Positions 36,107 to 47,875 of a stretch of DNA of 64,000 nt are shown here, piece by piece. How positions within the stretch are numbered: the first letter of the stretch is position 1; each line of letters begins with the position of its first letter. The position numbers and the translations under genes are program-made. The DNA is from Selaginella moellendorffii (taxonomy: Eukaryota > Plantae > Lycopodiophyta): positions 62,001 through 126,000 of the forward strand of contig NW_003314332.1 of NCBI RefSeq assembly GCF_000143415.4. The letters are read 5' to 3'. The notes below the pieces were generated by a model. It had not been told where the DNA came from. It made no database searches and saw only the letters and a program-made list of their open reading frames with translations.

Positions 36107-38251
36107 TGTGAGACACAAAATCCCTAGGCCCCAAAGTGGAGCTGAAAGGGCGCCATGTGGTAGTGGCCGAAGCGAAAGCCAAACGAGTGTAACACATTTG
36201 GACTAAAAGCTCTGACTTGAAAGGTCGAGAGCGGGAATGGAACTCCCAACAAAGTGCTCAAGGAATGAGCATGAAGCGAGCAATAACCGAGGCTCTAAAA
36301 AGGGACCCAAAAAGACCAACACACGACACATGGAAGTGTCCGAGATGGACCTGAGATGGAGTCCGAGATGGGCCCAAGATGGAGTCTGAGATGGAATCCA
36401 AGATGGACCAAGATGGAGTCCAAAATGGACCAAGACGGAGTCCGAGATGGAGTTTGAGATGGACCGAGATGGAGTTCGAGATGGACCTGAGATGGAGTCC
36501 GAGATGAACCCGAGATGGAATCCGATATGGACCGAGATGGAGTCTGAGATGGACCTGAGATGGAATCCGAGATGGAGTCTGGGAAGGATCCGAAGTCGAG
36601 ACCGAGACCAAGACCGAGACCAAGACCAAGACCGAGACCGAGACCAGGACCGGGACCGGGACCGAGACCGAGTCTGAGCTCGAGGCCGAGCTCAAGTCCG
36701 AGTCCAAGTTCGAGTCTGAGTTCGAGTCCGAGTCCGAGTCCGAGTTCAAGCCTGAGAGGGTGAAAGCCCAAAGCGTTCATCTCCCAGACCCTGGGGGGTT
36801 TGGTGAGCTCCAAAAGTATAGTAAGGGGGAGGACTGCAGTGGAGCCAGTTTGGCCAGGAAAGGCCAGTTTGGCCCAGGAAGGCTGTACCCAGTGTTGGGT
36901 GATGAGCTGCCCACTGGGAAGTCCAAGACTAGAGTGAATACGGACCGACAAGTGGGGTAGCTTGGTGAAGTGTTCAAGAGCTGGCTTTAGTTCCCCCGGG
37001 AGATCGACTGGCCGATGCTCCCAATCCAAGTGTGGGTGGCACTACCTACTTGGATACCAGGAGTGGCTCAACGGAACCTCGCTCTAAGCCCATGGCTAGA
37101 GCACCTAAAGGTGGAAAGTGGGAAGAGTACTCACGAGGCTCACGTAAGGCCACAGTGTTCCGAAATGTTGTCCCAAAAGCCCAGACTATGGAAAGGAAGA
37201 GGAGTAGTCCTCTGGTGTAGTGACCAAGGATACAGTTGGGTGTTGAGGAAGTCCTAGAGGACCGTGGGACTTTGGTGGTCGGACCTGTGGGCCTTGACCC
37301 AATGGCAGTGTTGGTGAACACGGCCATGAGTAGAAAGGGACTTGGTGGGGACTGGAAAAGGAATATTGGGGAAAGCTATTCCCCATGCCTGTGGGCATCC
37401 TAAGGATGCTAAGGAGTGGATCTGGGATGATCGCTCATGAATGGATGGCCAGTCTTTGAGAGACAGGACTGTGATGGAGGTGGTGTTAGACCACCGGTGT
37501 GACCAAGGTGAATGAGCATGGCCTTAGCGTAATGGGCTGATATGTCGGTGGTACCTTGGGGTGTCGGTCATGGGATCGGACACGTGGAGCAGTTGGACCA
37601 AGTGCAAAGGATGAGTGGTGGGGATGCCATTTTTGGGGCTAGCAAGCCCAAGTCTGAAATAGGACTTATGGAGGTTGTGAGTGCGACTTCTCCAAGTGGT
37701 CGGAGGTGTGGTTAAGTGACTAAAGTAGAATGGAAAAATTAGTCACTTACAATTTAGTATTGGAGCTGTTCCTTAGTCCGAATTTTATTGGTGCTGAAGT
37801 ATATCACCACTAGTGTTGGCATCGAAAGATTCTAGGAGTGGGCTTGTCCTTGAGGAGTAGCAAGTCAGGAAGACATGGCTCTCCACTACAATTCACATGT
37901 GAACTTGTAGGTAAGGTGGTGGATAGAAAAGGGGCAATGGAACAGTGTAATAGTGTAAGGCTTTCCTCATTGGGTGAGGATATGATCCAGATGAGTGTTT
38001 AACCCAGCAAACGAGCTAACATAGTTGTGGTAAACAACTATAGTTGGGATCACGGAAAGAGCCAAACTCCAAAACAATAAAAGAGTCATAAGATTACCCT
38101 TATATAGTTGAGGCTGGTGCTCATAATTTTGAGACCGGAATTGATGACCATGGGAGGTCAAATACAGAAGAGGACACAGAAATGGTAGCCAAGGCTACCC
38201 TTGATAAATGTTGGAACAACCCAAGGAGTTGGGGATGTACTTAGAGGATGA
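36107..38251 (+). mobile_element. Truncated, more diverged copy of the LARD family (5' LTR 36107-37751, decayed PBS, start of internal region)
   Basis: Reverse complement of 27030-29263. TGTGAGACAC...CTTACA followed by TTTAGTATTGGAGC. Confidence 0.9.
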
Positions 38252-40462
38252 TGTAAGGAACTGACTCCCCGAGGTGTCGTAGGCTAAAGGATCCCCGAAA
38301 GCATTACCAAAATGACAAAGAGTTCATCGGATGGGACCGAGTTGAAGATCGAGTCCAAGACTGACTCTGAGACCGAGTTCAAGATAGAGTTTGGGATCGA
38401 GTCCGAGGCCGAATCAGAGACCAAGTCCGAGATCGAGTTCAAGACCGAGTTCGAGATAGAGTCCGAGATCCAAATCGGGTCCGAGACTGAGTCCGAGGTC
38501 GAGTCCGAAGTCGAGTCCGAGATCGGGTCTGAGATCGGGTCCGAGATCGAGTCCGAAGTCGGGTCCGAGATCGAGTCTAAGATCGAATTCTAGACTAAGT
38601 CCAAATACTAATACGAGTACCGACTGTGGTGCTCCCGGCTCATATGGAGTGGTGCCCCACTTGAGTACCTTGTGGCTCATTGGTCCTCGCCCTTCCTAGG
38701 GGCTTGGGCCTTCCCTTCGGGATGGAAGTGGGGGGGTAAAGGTACCTATATCGGGCCGTTAGGCCACGGTGTTTCGCCCCGATGTCCCGAAGCAAGTGTT
38801 GCACCCAAGGCTTGGGATTTAGAGGGTCCCATGATTAAGTTTTGTCTTACCAAGGGGTGTTAGGAACCTGGAGGCTTGGTGTGCTTGGCTACTTGTGCCT
38901 GCGGGGAGTGTAGCTGAACCTTAAGTCCAATCTAACCTGGGGAGGGGGATTGGGAGGGATTTGGGAATTCGTGGATGGAAGGCTAACGCTCCGTTGCTCG
39001 TGCAGTGAGTAGCTGAAACCAAGTAGGACTAAGTAGGAGCTGGTACAATAGGTGAGAACCTTGGCAAGGGAACTTAGCACAAGCCAAGGCAGTGTTGGTC
39101 AGATAGACGAGGTAAGCTAGCAAATTGGAAAGGAAAAATTTGTGGCTTACAATTTGGTATCGGAGCCTTTTCCTCAGTTCTAGCGAAGGATAGAGGCGGA
39201 TTGCTAGGAGATGGCAAAGGCAAGGCGGAAACGAACCAAGGTGGAGACAGAACCTCCTCCAGAGCTGGAGCCTCCGGTCGAACAAGAGGCTATGGATGAG
39301 GAATCCTTGCATGAGGAGGACTCCAATGAGGCAACTTCCAAACAGAAGTCCGGTGGTGAGGTTCGGTCGTCCAAGGCTCGATTGGACGTTTTAGAAGGAC
39401 AATTGGCACAAACCAATGCCCTACTAGAGACTCTCGTACACAAGTTAAAGCGTGACAACAAGCGGAAGAAAAAGCGAAAGACTGCGGATGCTGGCAGCGT
39501 AGAGGGTGTGGACCCTTCGGTAGGGACTGAGGCAGAACCAAACAAGGTCAAACAGACCGAAGTGGAATCAGTCCCTCAAGCAGTTCCCAAGTACAAACCA
39601 AAGCCCCCACCGGTCTTCAAGGGAGTGAATGACTATAAGGTGGTGGAGGATTGGTTTTATGATATGGAGGACTACTTCCGAGCGTTGCGGTTACCAAGCT
39701 CGGAGAAGGTCCCATGTGCAAAACCCTACTTGGCAGATAATGCCAAGTCTTGGTCGAGAACAACAGAGGCTAACGAAGGACCGGTGGCCACTTGGGAAAT
39801 GATGAAGGCAAGGATCCGCGCGACTTACGTTCCTCCGAATGCTACTCTGCATCTAAGAGACGAGCTGAGTAGGCTGAAGCAGACTGGAACCATTCAGGAG
39901 TATGTGAATGGGTTTATGGCAAAGAGGATAATTGTCACAGACATGGGGGATATGGACGCGTTCCATGCCTTCATATCAGGTTTGCAAACCTAGGCTCGTG
40001 GTGAGGTGATGCGGTGGAACCCGACCAACTACAAGGAAGTGTTGGATGCGGCCATCAAGGTGCATTTCAACGATAACCTGCGAAAGGGAAACACAACGGG
40101 GTCGGGGTCCACGTTTAGCAAAGGGGCCAAACCAAAGGGAACGTATAGCTGAGGGAAATTCAAGAAGAGTTTCTCTAAGAATGAGTCCTCGGGGTTCCGG
40201 AAAGGCAAATCCAGTGGCCAGCGAGTGAGTACGTGGGGGAGTCAAGCGAAAAGAGACAAACCCACGGATAAGAAGGTCAAGTCATATAGCAGCGTGGGAA
40301 ACAATGTATGCTACAACTACAGTGAAGTGGGACACTTTTTGAGGGAATGTCCCTACCCGAAGAAGGCCAGAGCCAATATGGCCATCAAGTCGGGTGAAGT
40401 CCAAACTGAGGTATGTTATTCAGTCCCTAACTCAAAGTTACTCATTACACGAGCAACTTTGG
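38252..40462 (+). mobile_element. Ty3/Gypsy 5' half: 900-bp LTR (38252-39151), tRNA-iMet PBS and gag
   Basis: TGTAAGG...GGCTTACA then TGGTATCGGAGC at 39155. GAGTCC/GAGATC repeats in the LTR at 38335-38600. Confidence 0.85.
39211..40462 (+). pseudogene. Retrotransposon gag (retrotrans_gag capsid plus decayed CCHC knuckle)
   Basis: PPVFKG...WFYDMEDYF...LSRLKQTGTIQEYVNGF...FISGL, and VCYNYSEVGHFLRECP. Confidence 0.85.
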
Positions 40463-42565
40463 TAGAGAGTCGTTCACGACATCTAAGCGAGTTAAGGTGC
40501 CACGGGAGAAGCCGGGGGGACTTTTGCAACCTTTACCTATTCCTCAAAGCCGTTGGTGTAGTATCTCTATAGACTTCATCACTTGTTTGCCACGAACACA
40601 GAGGCAAAAGGAGCAAGTATGGGTCATAGTGGATCGGTTGACAAAGTATGTGCGGTTGTTGGCTCTTCAGAAGACTGTCATTGCCTCAAACTTGGCTGCG
40701 GTTTACTTGGAGAAGGTTTTTCCTGATTTTGGTTTGCCGGAGGACATCATTAGTGATCGAGATTCAAAGTTCACCAATGGATTTTGGAAAATCTTTGCAA
40801 AGGCTATGCAAGTGACTTTGAAACTCTCGAGTGGAGATCATCCTCAAACGGATGGGCAAACTGAGCGTGTGAATTAGGTGGTGGAGGATATGCTACGTTG
40901 TAGCATTGGTCAAAGGCAAGGACAGTGGGATTTATATCTTCCGTTGGTGCAATTTGCTTACAACAATAGCCAACACAGTGGAACCAAACTAAGTCCTTAT
41001 TTTGCCATGTTTGGACGGCATCCTCGAACAGCGGTGGAGTTGGGTTTGCATTTGAGTAAGGACGTTCAAGATAAGCTTGATTCTAAGGCGACTGATTTGG
41101 CCACAGAACTTGATGAGATTTTGGTGGTGTGCAAACGGAATTTGCAAGCAGCTCAGGATAGAGCAGAGAAGTTTGCCAATGAGCATCGCCAATTCCAGGA
41201 ATATAAGGTGGGTGATCTCGTCTTTGTGCGCGTGATCTTTCCGTGTTTAATGGTAAAATGTGAGATGGATGAGAATGCTGCTACCGCTAGAACTCGATCT
41301 GAGAGCTGGCACCTGATCTCCGAAGGTCACCAGCTGAGGAGGGGTGCAAGAAGTGGTGGATCGGCGGGGAGAGAGACTCAAATCAAAGATAATGCAAATA
41401 GAGGGTGCGATTCAGGAGTCTTGAAGTACAATGGAATGGGAAAGGAGATGGGGAACCCTAGCTGCGCTGGGGTCTCTCAAAACCACTCTCCTGTTGGCGG
41501 TTCTAACCGCCAGCATATGCCTAGAATAGAAATAAACTAGTAGTCGTTTGAACCTGGCTTTCAGTCGTGAGTGGAGCTGCTCCTGGGCGTGCATGTGTTA
41601 GGGGAGGTTTCCACTGCCCCCTGCTTGATCTAGGCGCCATCCTCGGGGCCATGATCAGTGTCCATTGCTTGGTGGTGGAGTTGGTTCGCTTCCGGAGCTC
41701 ACTGTAGGCGTCGCAGTCGGCGGCGCTGCTGGGGGAGGGTTAGGTTATCGTTGGGCTCACTGTCGGGCGGGTCTGAGCCATCATCATCCTCATACTCGGC
41801 GAGGAGCGCTTCAAGATGGTCAATGTGCTGCTGGTGCTCCTGGATGACGGTGACTCCGTGGTGGTACTTGTCTCGCCAGTAGTTCTGCTGGCCAGTGGGG
41901 TTGTTGTTGGCGCGAGAAGAGCTGGCGGCCATTGTCTTGATGCTCTGGATGTCGCCCTGGAGGTGGTGAATGGTGTTGTGGAGGTTGCCGATCTCCGCGA
42001 CGAGCGGCTCATAGAATTCAGCGCGGACTGCGTTTCTGGTGTTGATGAAGGCGCCATTGCGGGAGAGGTGCTGGGCGATGTCCTGAGCCTGGGGACACGG
42101 CCTCGGATGGCCTGGCTGATGTCATGACTGATGCGGCGCTCCAGAGCCTCGAAGAGCTTGCGATGGAGTATCCGGGATCTTGCATCTTGTCTTCGTGTTC
42201 TTGGCAGATTTTGTGGTCGGAGGAGGCTCTGTCTTTGCATACCTGGGACTGGAGTGGAGGCATGGTGGATTGCTGGTGGGGCTGAGATGCTTGGACTGGT
42301 GGAGAAGGCGCTGAAGGCGAGCCGTAGGGCGCTGAAACTGAGTCGGGAGCTGGGTTCTTGATGGGGTCGGCCGGCGTGATTTGGGGCGTTGATTGCTGCT
42401 GAGGTGGCTGATGCTGAGCGAATGCAGATGGATTGCGCTGATCTGTCGAGTTTGTTAAGATTTGACAGTGCTGAGTTGGCGTGAATTTAATTATGGTCGT
42501 TGAATATGGACGGTCGAGATGAGGCGCTGTAATATTTGATGAAGAGCTCGAGTTTTTGCTGAATT

Positions 42566-43735
42566 TCAACGGGGCATCTGCTGTGGTGTTGAGAGTCGGA
42601 TGTGCTGCTGATGGATGGAGAGGTTTAACGTTGCCGGAGTTGACGTACCCGCTGGAGATCTTGCTGTTGCTGGCGGTGATATTGTCTGGGTGATGGGAAT
42701 CGTTGTTGTCGTGGTGCTGGTCGCCAGTGAAAGCTTCTGAGTTGTTGAAGATTGGTGTTGGAGAAGGTGAACGAGCTCGGGGTCGGCTTGGAATGGATTG
42801 GTGCTGGTGCTGGCGGGGTTCTGTGGTGTTTGTGGTGTCCCTGTTGGTGAGGAGGACGTACTCCGTGCTGCGGTGGCAGTTCTTACGTTGAGGAGTTTGA
42901 CGAAGCTTGTGGCGGCGAGGTGGTGGAGATTCTTCGTCGGATGAGGTGTCTTCGCTGCTGGTCTTGCTGGGGTGGGGCTGGGTGGTGGATTATGCTTCGA
43001 TGAGGAGGGTTGGGCTTTCTTCTTGTGCGGTGGTGAGGGCAGGGTCTCGGTCGATGCTGAGTTGTCGTCGTCAGCGTGGCTGTGTTCAGTCGAGGAGCTG
43101 GTAGACCAGGGCTGCTTGTCAGGGTGGGCGGCGTGCAAAGCGATGAGCATCGGGAAGATCACAGTGGAGATGGTTTGGCCTCTCGTAGGTTTCTCATTGA
43201 TTTTCTTCAGTTGCTTCGCCAGCATAGTGTTCAGGTGGCTGGCGACGTTGACTCACTCTCCTCGGTCCATGGCATGATAGGCTTGGGTGGTAAGCTTGCT
43301 GATAGATTTGTCAGTGGGACAGAGGTCGTAGAGGAGGAGCAGGGCATGCAGCTTCTCCTGGTGTTCAGAAAGAACATCCTCCCACTTGGGCCCTTCTGTT
43401 GTTGGGGATGCGCCTGGCTTGAGGATGACCTTGGGAACCTCTTTGGGGAACTTGTCGAGTTCTTTTCGAGGGATCTTGAAAACTTTGCTGAGCAGGGCTG
43501 GCGTGATGGAAATGGTGTTGACGTCATCCGAGATCGTGTTGCGGCTCTCGTCATACTTCTTGGCGAGCTTGCGGGCGAGGTGGTGATCAAATGGGGTTTT
43601 GAAGATCTCGAGGAGCTGGCCGAACCCCTGCTCGACCAGCCATGCCGTGACTGCCTCGGTCGGAAGCTTGGGCAAGCTGTAGCTGACATACCTGAGGCGT
43701 CTTGGGGGAATGGCTCTCATCTTGCGCTTGGGCAT
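42566..43735 (-). pseudogene. 3' accessory ORF, Athila env-like / plant-mobile-domain-like protein
   Basis: LARKLAKKYD...ISITPALLSKVFKIP...VNVASHL...IFPMLIAL resembles plant transposon accessory proteins. One in-frame TGA at 43253. Confidence 0.55.
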
Positions 43736-44199
43736 TGTTGCTGGAGCTGGTGGGTCGCTGGAAAGGGTGCTGGCGAGCTGCTGTTGGCGACTTAGGTTTG
43801 TGTCCCATGAAACTTGGTGGGGTTTAGTTTGAACGGTGGGGATTGCGTGGCAAGATCTGAGGGCTGTGATCTGTTGTGGAGATGATGATCTGGCAGCTGA
43901 GATTGAGCGTTGTTGGACGGTGCAGATCTGATCTCGTGGAGTTGATCGGATGGTAGCTTGGGACTCAGCATTTTGTGCCGAGTTGAGTGGCGACTGGAGG
44001 GTTGTCCAGGAGAAATTGCCGGTGATGGTTTCTGAGTAGCGTGTTGGCCATTGTTGATACCACGAGGCTTGCTGATTGTCGATGACGCTCATTGTGGTAT
44101 CATCTGGTGTTACTTCTCGATACGGACGGCTGGTGTTGAGTGTTCGGTTCGAGTGGCTGGGAGAGTGTTCGGGGAATCTCTCGGTTCCGGTGATGAGTT

Positions 44200-47100
44200 G
44201 CGGTCGGAAGTGTGGCTGAAAGGTGGTCTGGATGTTGCAGAAGTCGACGTAGTATGGTCGGAGCTTGTTGAGGTTGACAGTTTCAGTGAAGTCTCCAGCG
44301 AGGGTGGCGACGTTCGCTGTCGAGTTGGGGTAGAGTTCGGTGATGATGAAAGGTCCTTGCCACTTGGTTTTGAGCTTGTTGCCGAGCTGAGTGATTGGTC
44401 CTCGATACTAGAGTACATGATCGCCAGGAGAGTACTTTGGAGTCTTGTTTTGAGCGAGTCTTCGGTCGTGCCGGGCTTTTCTTTGCTTCTGGATGGTGTG
44501 GAGGGTCCACAAGGCGTTGAGTCGGAGCTCGTCGAGTTTCTCGAGTTCGAGGAGTCGTTGCCGGAAGATGTGTCGGGGATCCAGGTCGTACTTCACCGCA
44601 ACACGCATGCTGGGAATGATGAACTCGATTGGTGTTATGGCTTCTATTCCGAAGGCGAGCTTGAACGGTGTCATGTCGGTGGTGATCTTGTATGCTGTCC
44701 GGTAGGCCCAGAGAACGTCTCCGAGTTTCTCGTCCCAATCTTTGCCGGAGTTGCTGATGACTTTCTTGAGAATTGTCTTGAGTGTCTTGTTGGTGGCTTC
44801 AGCTTGGCCGTTGCCTTGCGGGTAGTAGGGCGTTGATGTCTTGTGTCGGATCTGGAACTCTTCAGTAAGGTGTCCGATGGTTTCATTGATGAAGTGGCTG
44901 CCGCGGTTGGTGACGAGTTCGAGTGGTGTTCCGAAGCGGGTGATGATGTTCTCGTAGATGAACTTGGCTGTTGCCTTGGCGGTTGGTTGTTTGAGTGGAG
45001 CTGCTTCGGCCCATTTGGTGGCGTAGTCGGTGGCGACAATGATGTACTGGTTCTTCTGGGCTGTGGTGATTTGGGGTCCGACAAAGTCGAGTCCCCATCT
45101 CTGGAAAGGCGCAACTGGGAAGGTTGGGTTGAGCGGTTGACTCTGAGTTTTTGGTGGAAGTCAATTCCTCTGGCAGGTGTCACATTTCCGGCAGAAGTCT
45201 TCGGTGTCTCACCATATTGTCGGCCACCAGAGTCCTGATTGGAGAATCTTCCGGACGGTCGTGTCGGAGGCGAAGTGGCCGCCGGACGGTCCAGAATGTG
45301 CTTCGTTTATAATCCAGAGGGTGTCTGGAACTTTGATGCATCTTCTAAGTATGTTGTCGATGCCAAGTTTGTAGAGGCTGTCGCCGATGATGGAGTACCG
45401 GCAGGTTTTTGAGACAAAAGTCTTTCTCTGGTCTGGCGTTGTATATTGAGCTGGGACTTTTGCTGAGCTGAGGTAGGCGAAGATGTCGTCGAGCCATGTT
45501 GGTGGTACTGAAATTCGGAAAAGGTTGGAGTCGGGCAAATCGTCGGCGAGTCGATTGGGTGATTCTCCGGTGGTGATGCGGCTGAGGAAGTCGGCCTGTT
45601 CATGCTGTCGGCCGGGCTTGTGGACAATTTCGAAGTTGTACTCTTGGAGTAGAAGGAACCATCTGGAAATTCGGCCGGAGAGTATGGGCTTGTTGATGAG
45701 GTAAAGGAGGGCCTTGTGGTCAACGAAGATGATGACTTTGCTTGAAAGAATGTAGTGCCGAAACTTCTGGAGGGCGTATACCATGCCGAGGGCTTCTTTC
45801 TCAGTGGTGGTGTAGTTGCGTTCTGTCGAGGTGAGTAGTCTGCTTGCGTAGTAAATCGGCTGGTCTCGGTTGTCCCGCTGGGCTTGGCTAAGAACTGTGC
45901 CAGTGCCGATGTCAGAAGTGTCGACGTGGATATGGAACTCTTTAGTCCAGTCTGGTTTGGCGAGTATTGGTGCGGTAGTGAGCTTGAGCTTGAGGTTGTC
46001 AAATGCTGTCTGCTGAGTGTCCGACCAGATCCACTGGGCATCGAGCCGGAGGCCATCAGTGAGAGGTTTGGCGATGTCAGCGTACTTGTGGATGAATCTT
46101 CGGTGGTATCCGATCTTGCCGAGAAATCTTCGGAGGTCCTTCTGGTTCTTTGGCGGTTCGAGCTGAAGTATGACTTTGACTTTGTCCTTGTCGATGAGTA
46201 TGCCGTCTTTGCAGACAAGGTGGCCGAGAAGTACTCCGGACTTGACAAAGAAAGCGCATTTCTCGGGGTTGAGGGCGATGTGGTTTTCTTCACACTTCTC
46301 GAGGCATTTCTCGAGGCACTCGAGATGGCGGTCTTCAGAGCTGAAGACACTGAAGTCGTCCATGAAGACTCGCATGAAGTCAGTGAGGTAGTCTCGGAAG
46401 GTGTTGGTGACGAGTCGCTGGAAAGTGAAGGGTGCATTACAGAGGCCGAAAGGCATTCTTCGGTAGGTGTATGCTCCCCATGGGCTGATGAATGCTGTCT
46501 TGTGCTGGTCTTCGGGGGCAATGGTGATCTGGTTGTAGCCGGAAAATCCGTCGAGGAAGGAGTACATTTCGTGTCCGGCGACTGCGTCGAGAACTTTGTC
46601 GGTGAAGGGTATCGGGAAGATATCTTTGTTGGTGAAGTCGTTGAGCTGCTTGTAGTTGACACAGATTCGGAGCTTGCCGTTTTTCTTCTTCACAACGACT
46701 AGAGGAGACAACCAGATCGGATTCTGGATCGGGTAGATGTATTCGACTTCGAGGAGTTTGTCGAGCTCCTTCTTGACTTGCTCCATGAGGTTTGGGTTCA
46801 TCCGATAAGGTGCCTGTCGCTTCGGCTGGGCATTTGGGAGGAGGGTGATGGTGTGCAGACATAAGTCTGGTGAGACTCCTTTCAGGTCTTTGTAGCTCCA
46901 AGCAAACAAGTGCTTTTTATTCTGGAGGAGTCTCAGGCCTTTGTTCCGGAAACTCTCAGAGATGTCTTTGGCGAGAATGATGTGATGCTGATTCTGGTCG
47001 GTGGCAAGGTTGATCTTCTCGAGAGGTTGGGTGGTCGGTATTGTCGGGATATAGGCAACTTTCTGGTCGGAGTCGACAATGAATGCTGGCTGAGTAGCGA

Positions 47101-47875
47101 TGGTGGTGTCTCTGGTTGTCGGGTTCTTCAATGCTTCGGTAAGCTGGGGTCGCTCTTGGCTGAAGTCGGCTGCTACTCTAAAGATGTCAATTTCGGCGAG
47201 CGGTTCGAGGTCGGGGTAGGCTTGGAGTATTTGCTGTTCTTCATAGTCGTCGAGGCCGGTTTCGAGGTCATAGTCTTCGAGGTCGACCGGTCGGATGTTC
47301 GTCGGAAGGTGTTTCGATGAGTTTGTCGAGACTGTTACTGGACCTTGCGAGCCTTGGAGGAAGATCTGATTGGTCGACTAGTTGTGCATTGCTTGAGTGT
47401 GTTTGAGCCACGGGCGTCTGAGGAGGACTGCATAGCCGTCTGAGTCCTTCGGAAGCTTGAGGATGACATAGTTGAGTGGAACTCTGATGCCTCTGATATT
47501 GGTGATGACATTCCAGATAATTCCTTGGGGTCGGACTGATCGGTGGTCGGCCATTCGGACGTTAAATGGTGCTGGCTCAACTGGACCGAGGTTGATTTGT
47601 CGGACGAGACTCTCTTCGATGATGTTGACGCCAGAGGCGCCGTCAAGCATGGCTCCTCGGACTTGGTGTCGGCCGATTCGGAGGTCGATGGTTGGAACTT
47701 CATTGTCGCAGTCTCCGGGTTGTATCTCAGCTTGAAAGGCATCAACAGTGTCCTTGCTGGTATTCAGTGCTGGGGCGTCCGTTGGAGGTGTGTCCGGAGG
47801 GTTAGTCAGACTTACCAGTTGGTTGACGAGATATGGAGCAATCTTCAGAAGCTGGCCGACAGTGATCTGGATGTT
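44200..47875 (-). pseudogene. Pol (protease, RT, RNase H, integrase) with point nonsense mutations
   Basis: MLDGASGVNII, VFMDDF, VDTSDIGTG...EKEAL...DHKAL...ADFLSR, AHSGPSGGHF, WGLDFVG, WQGPF. In-frame stops at 47378, 45209, 45161 and 44408. Confidence 0.93.
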
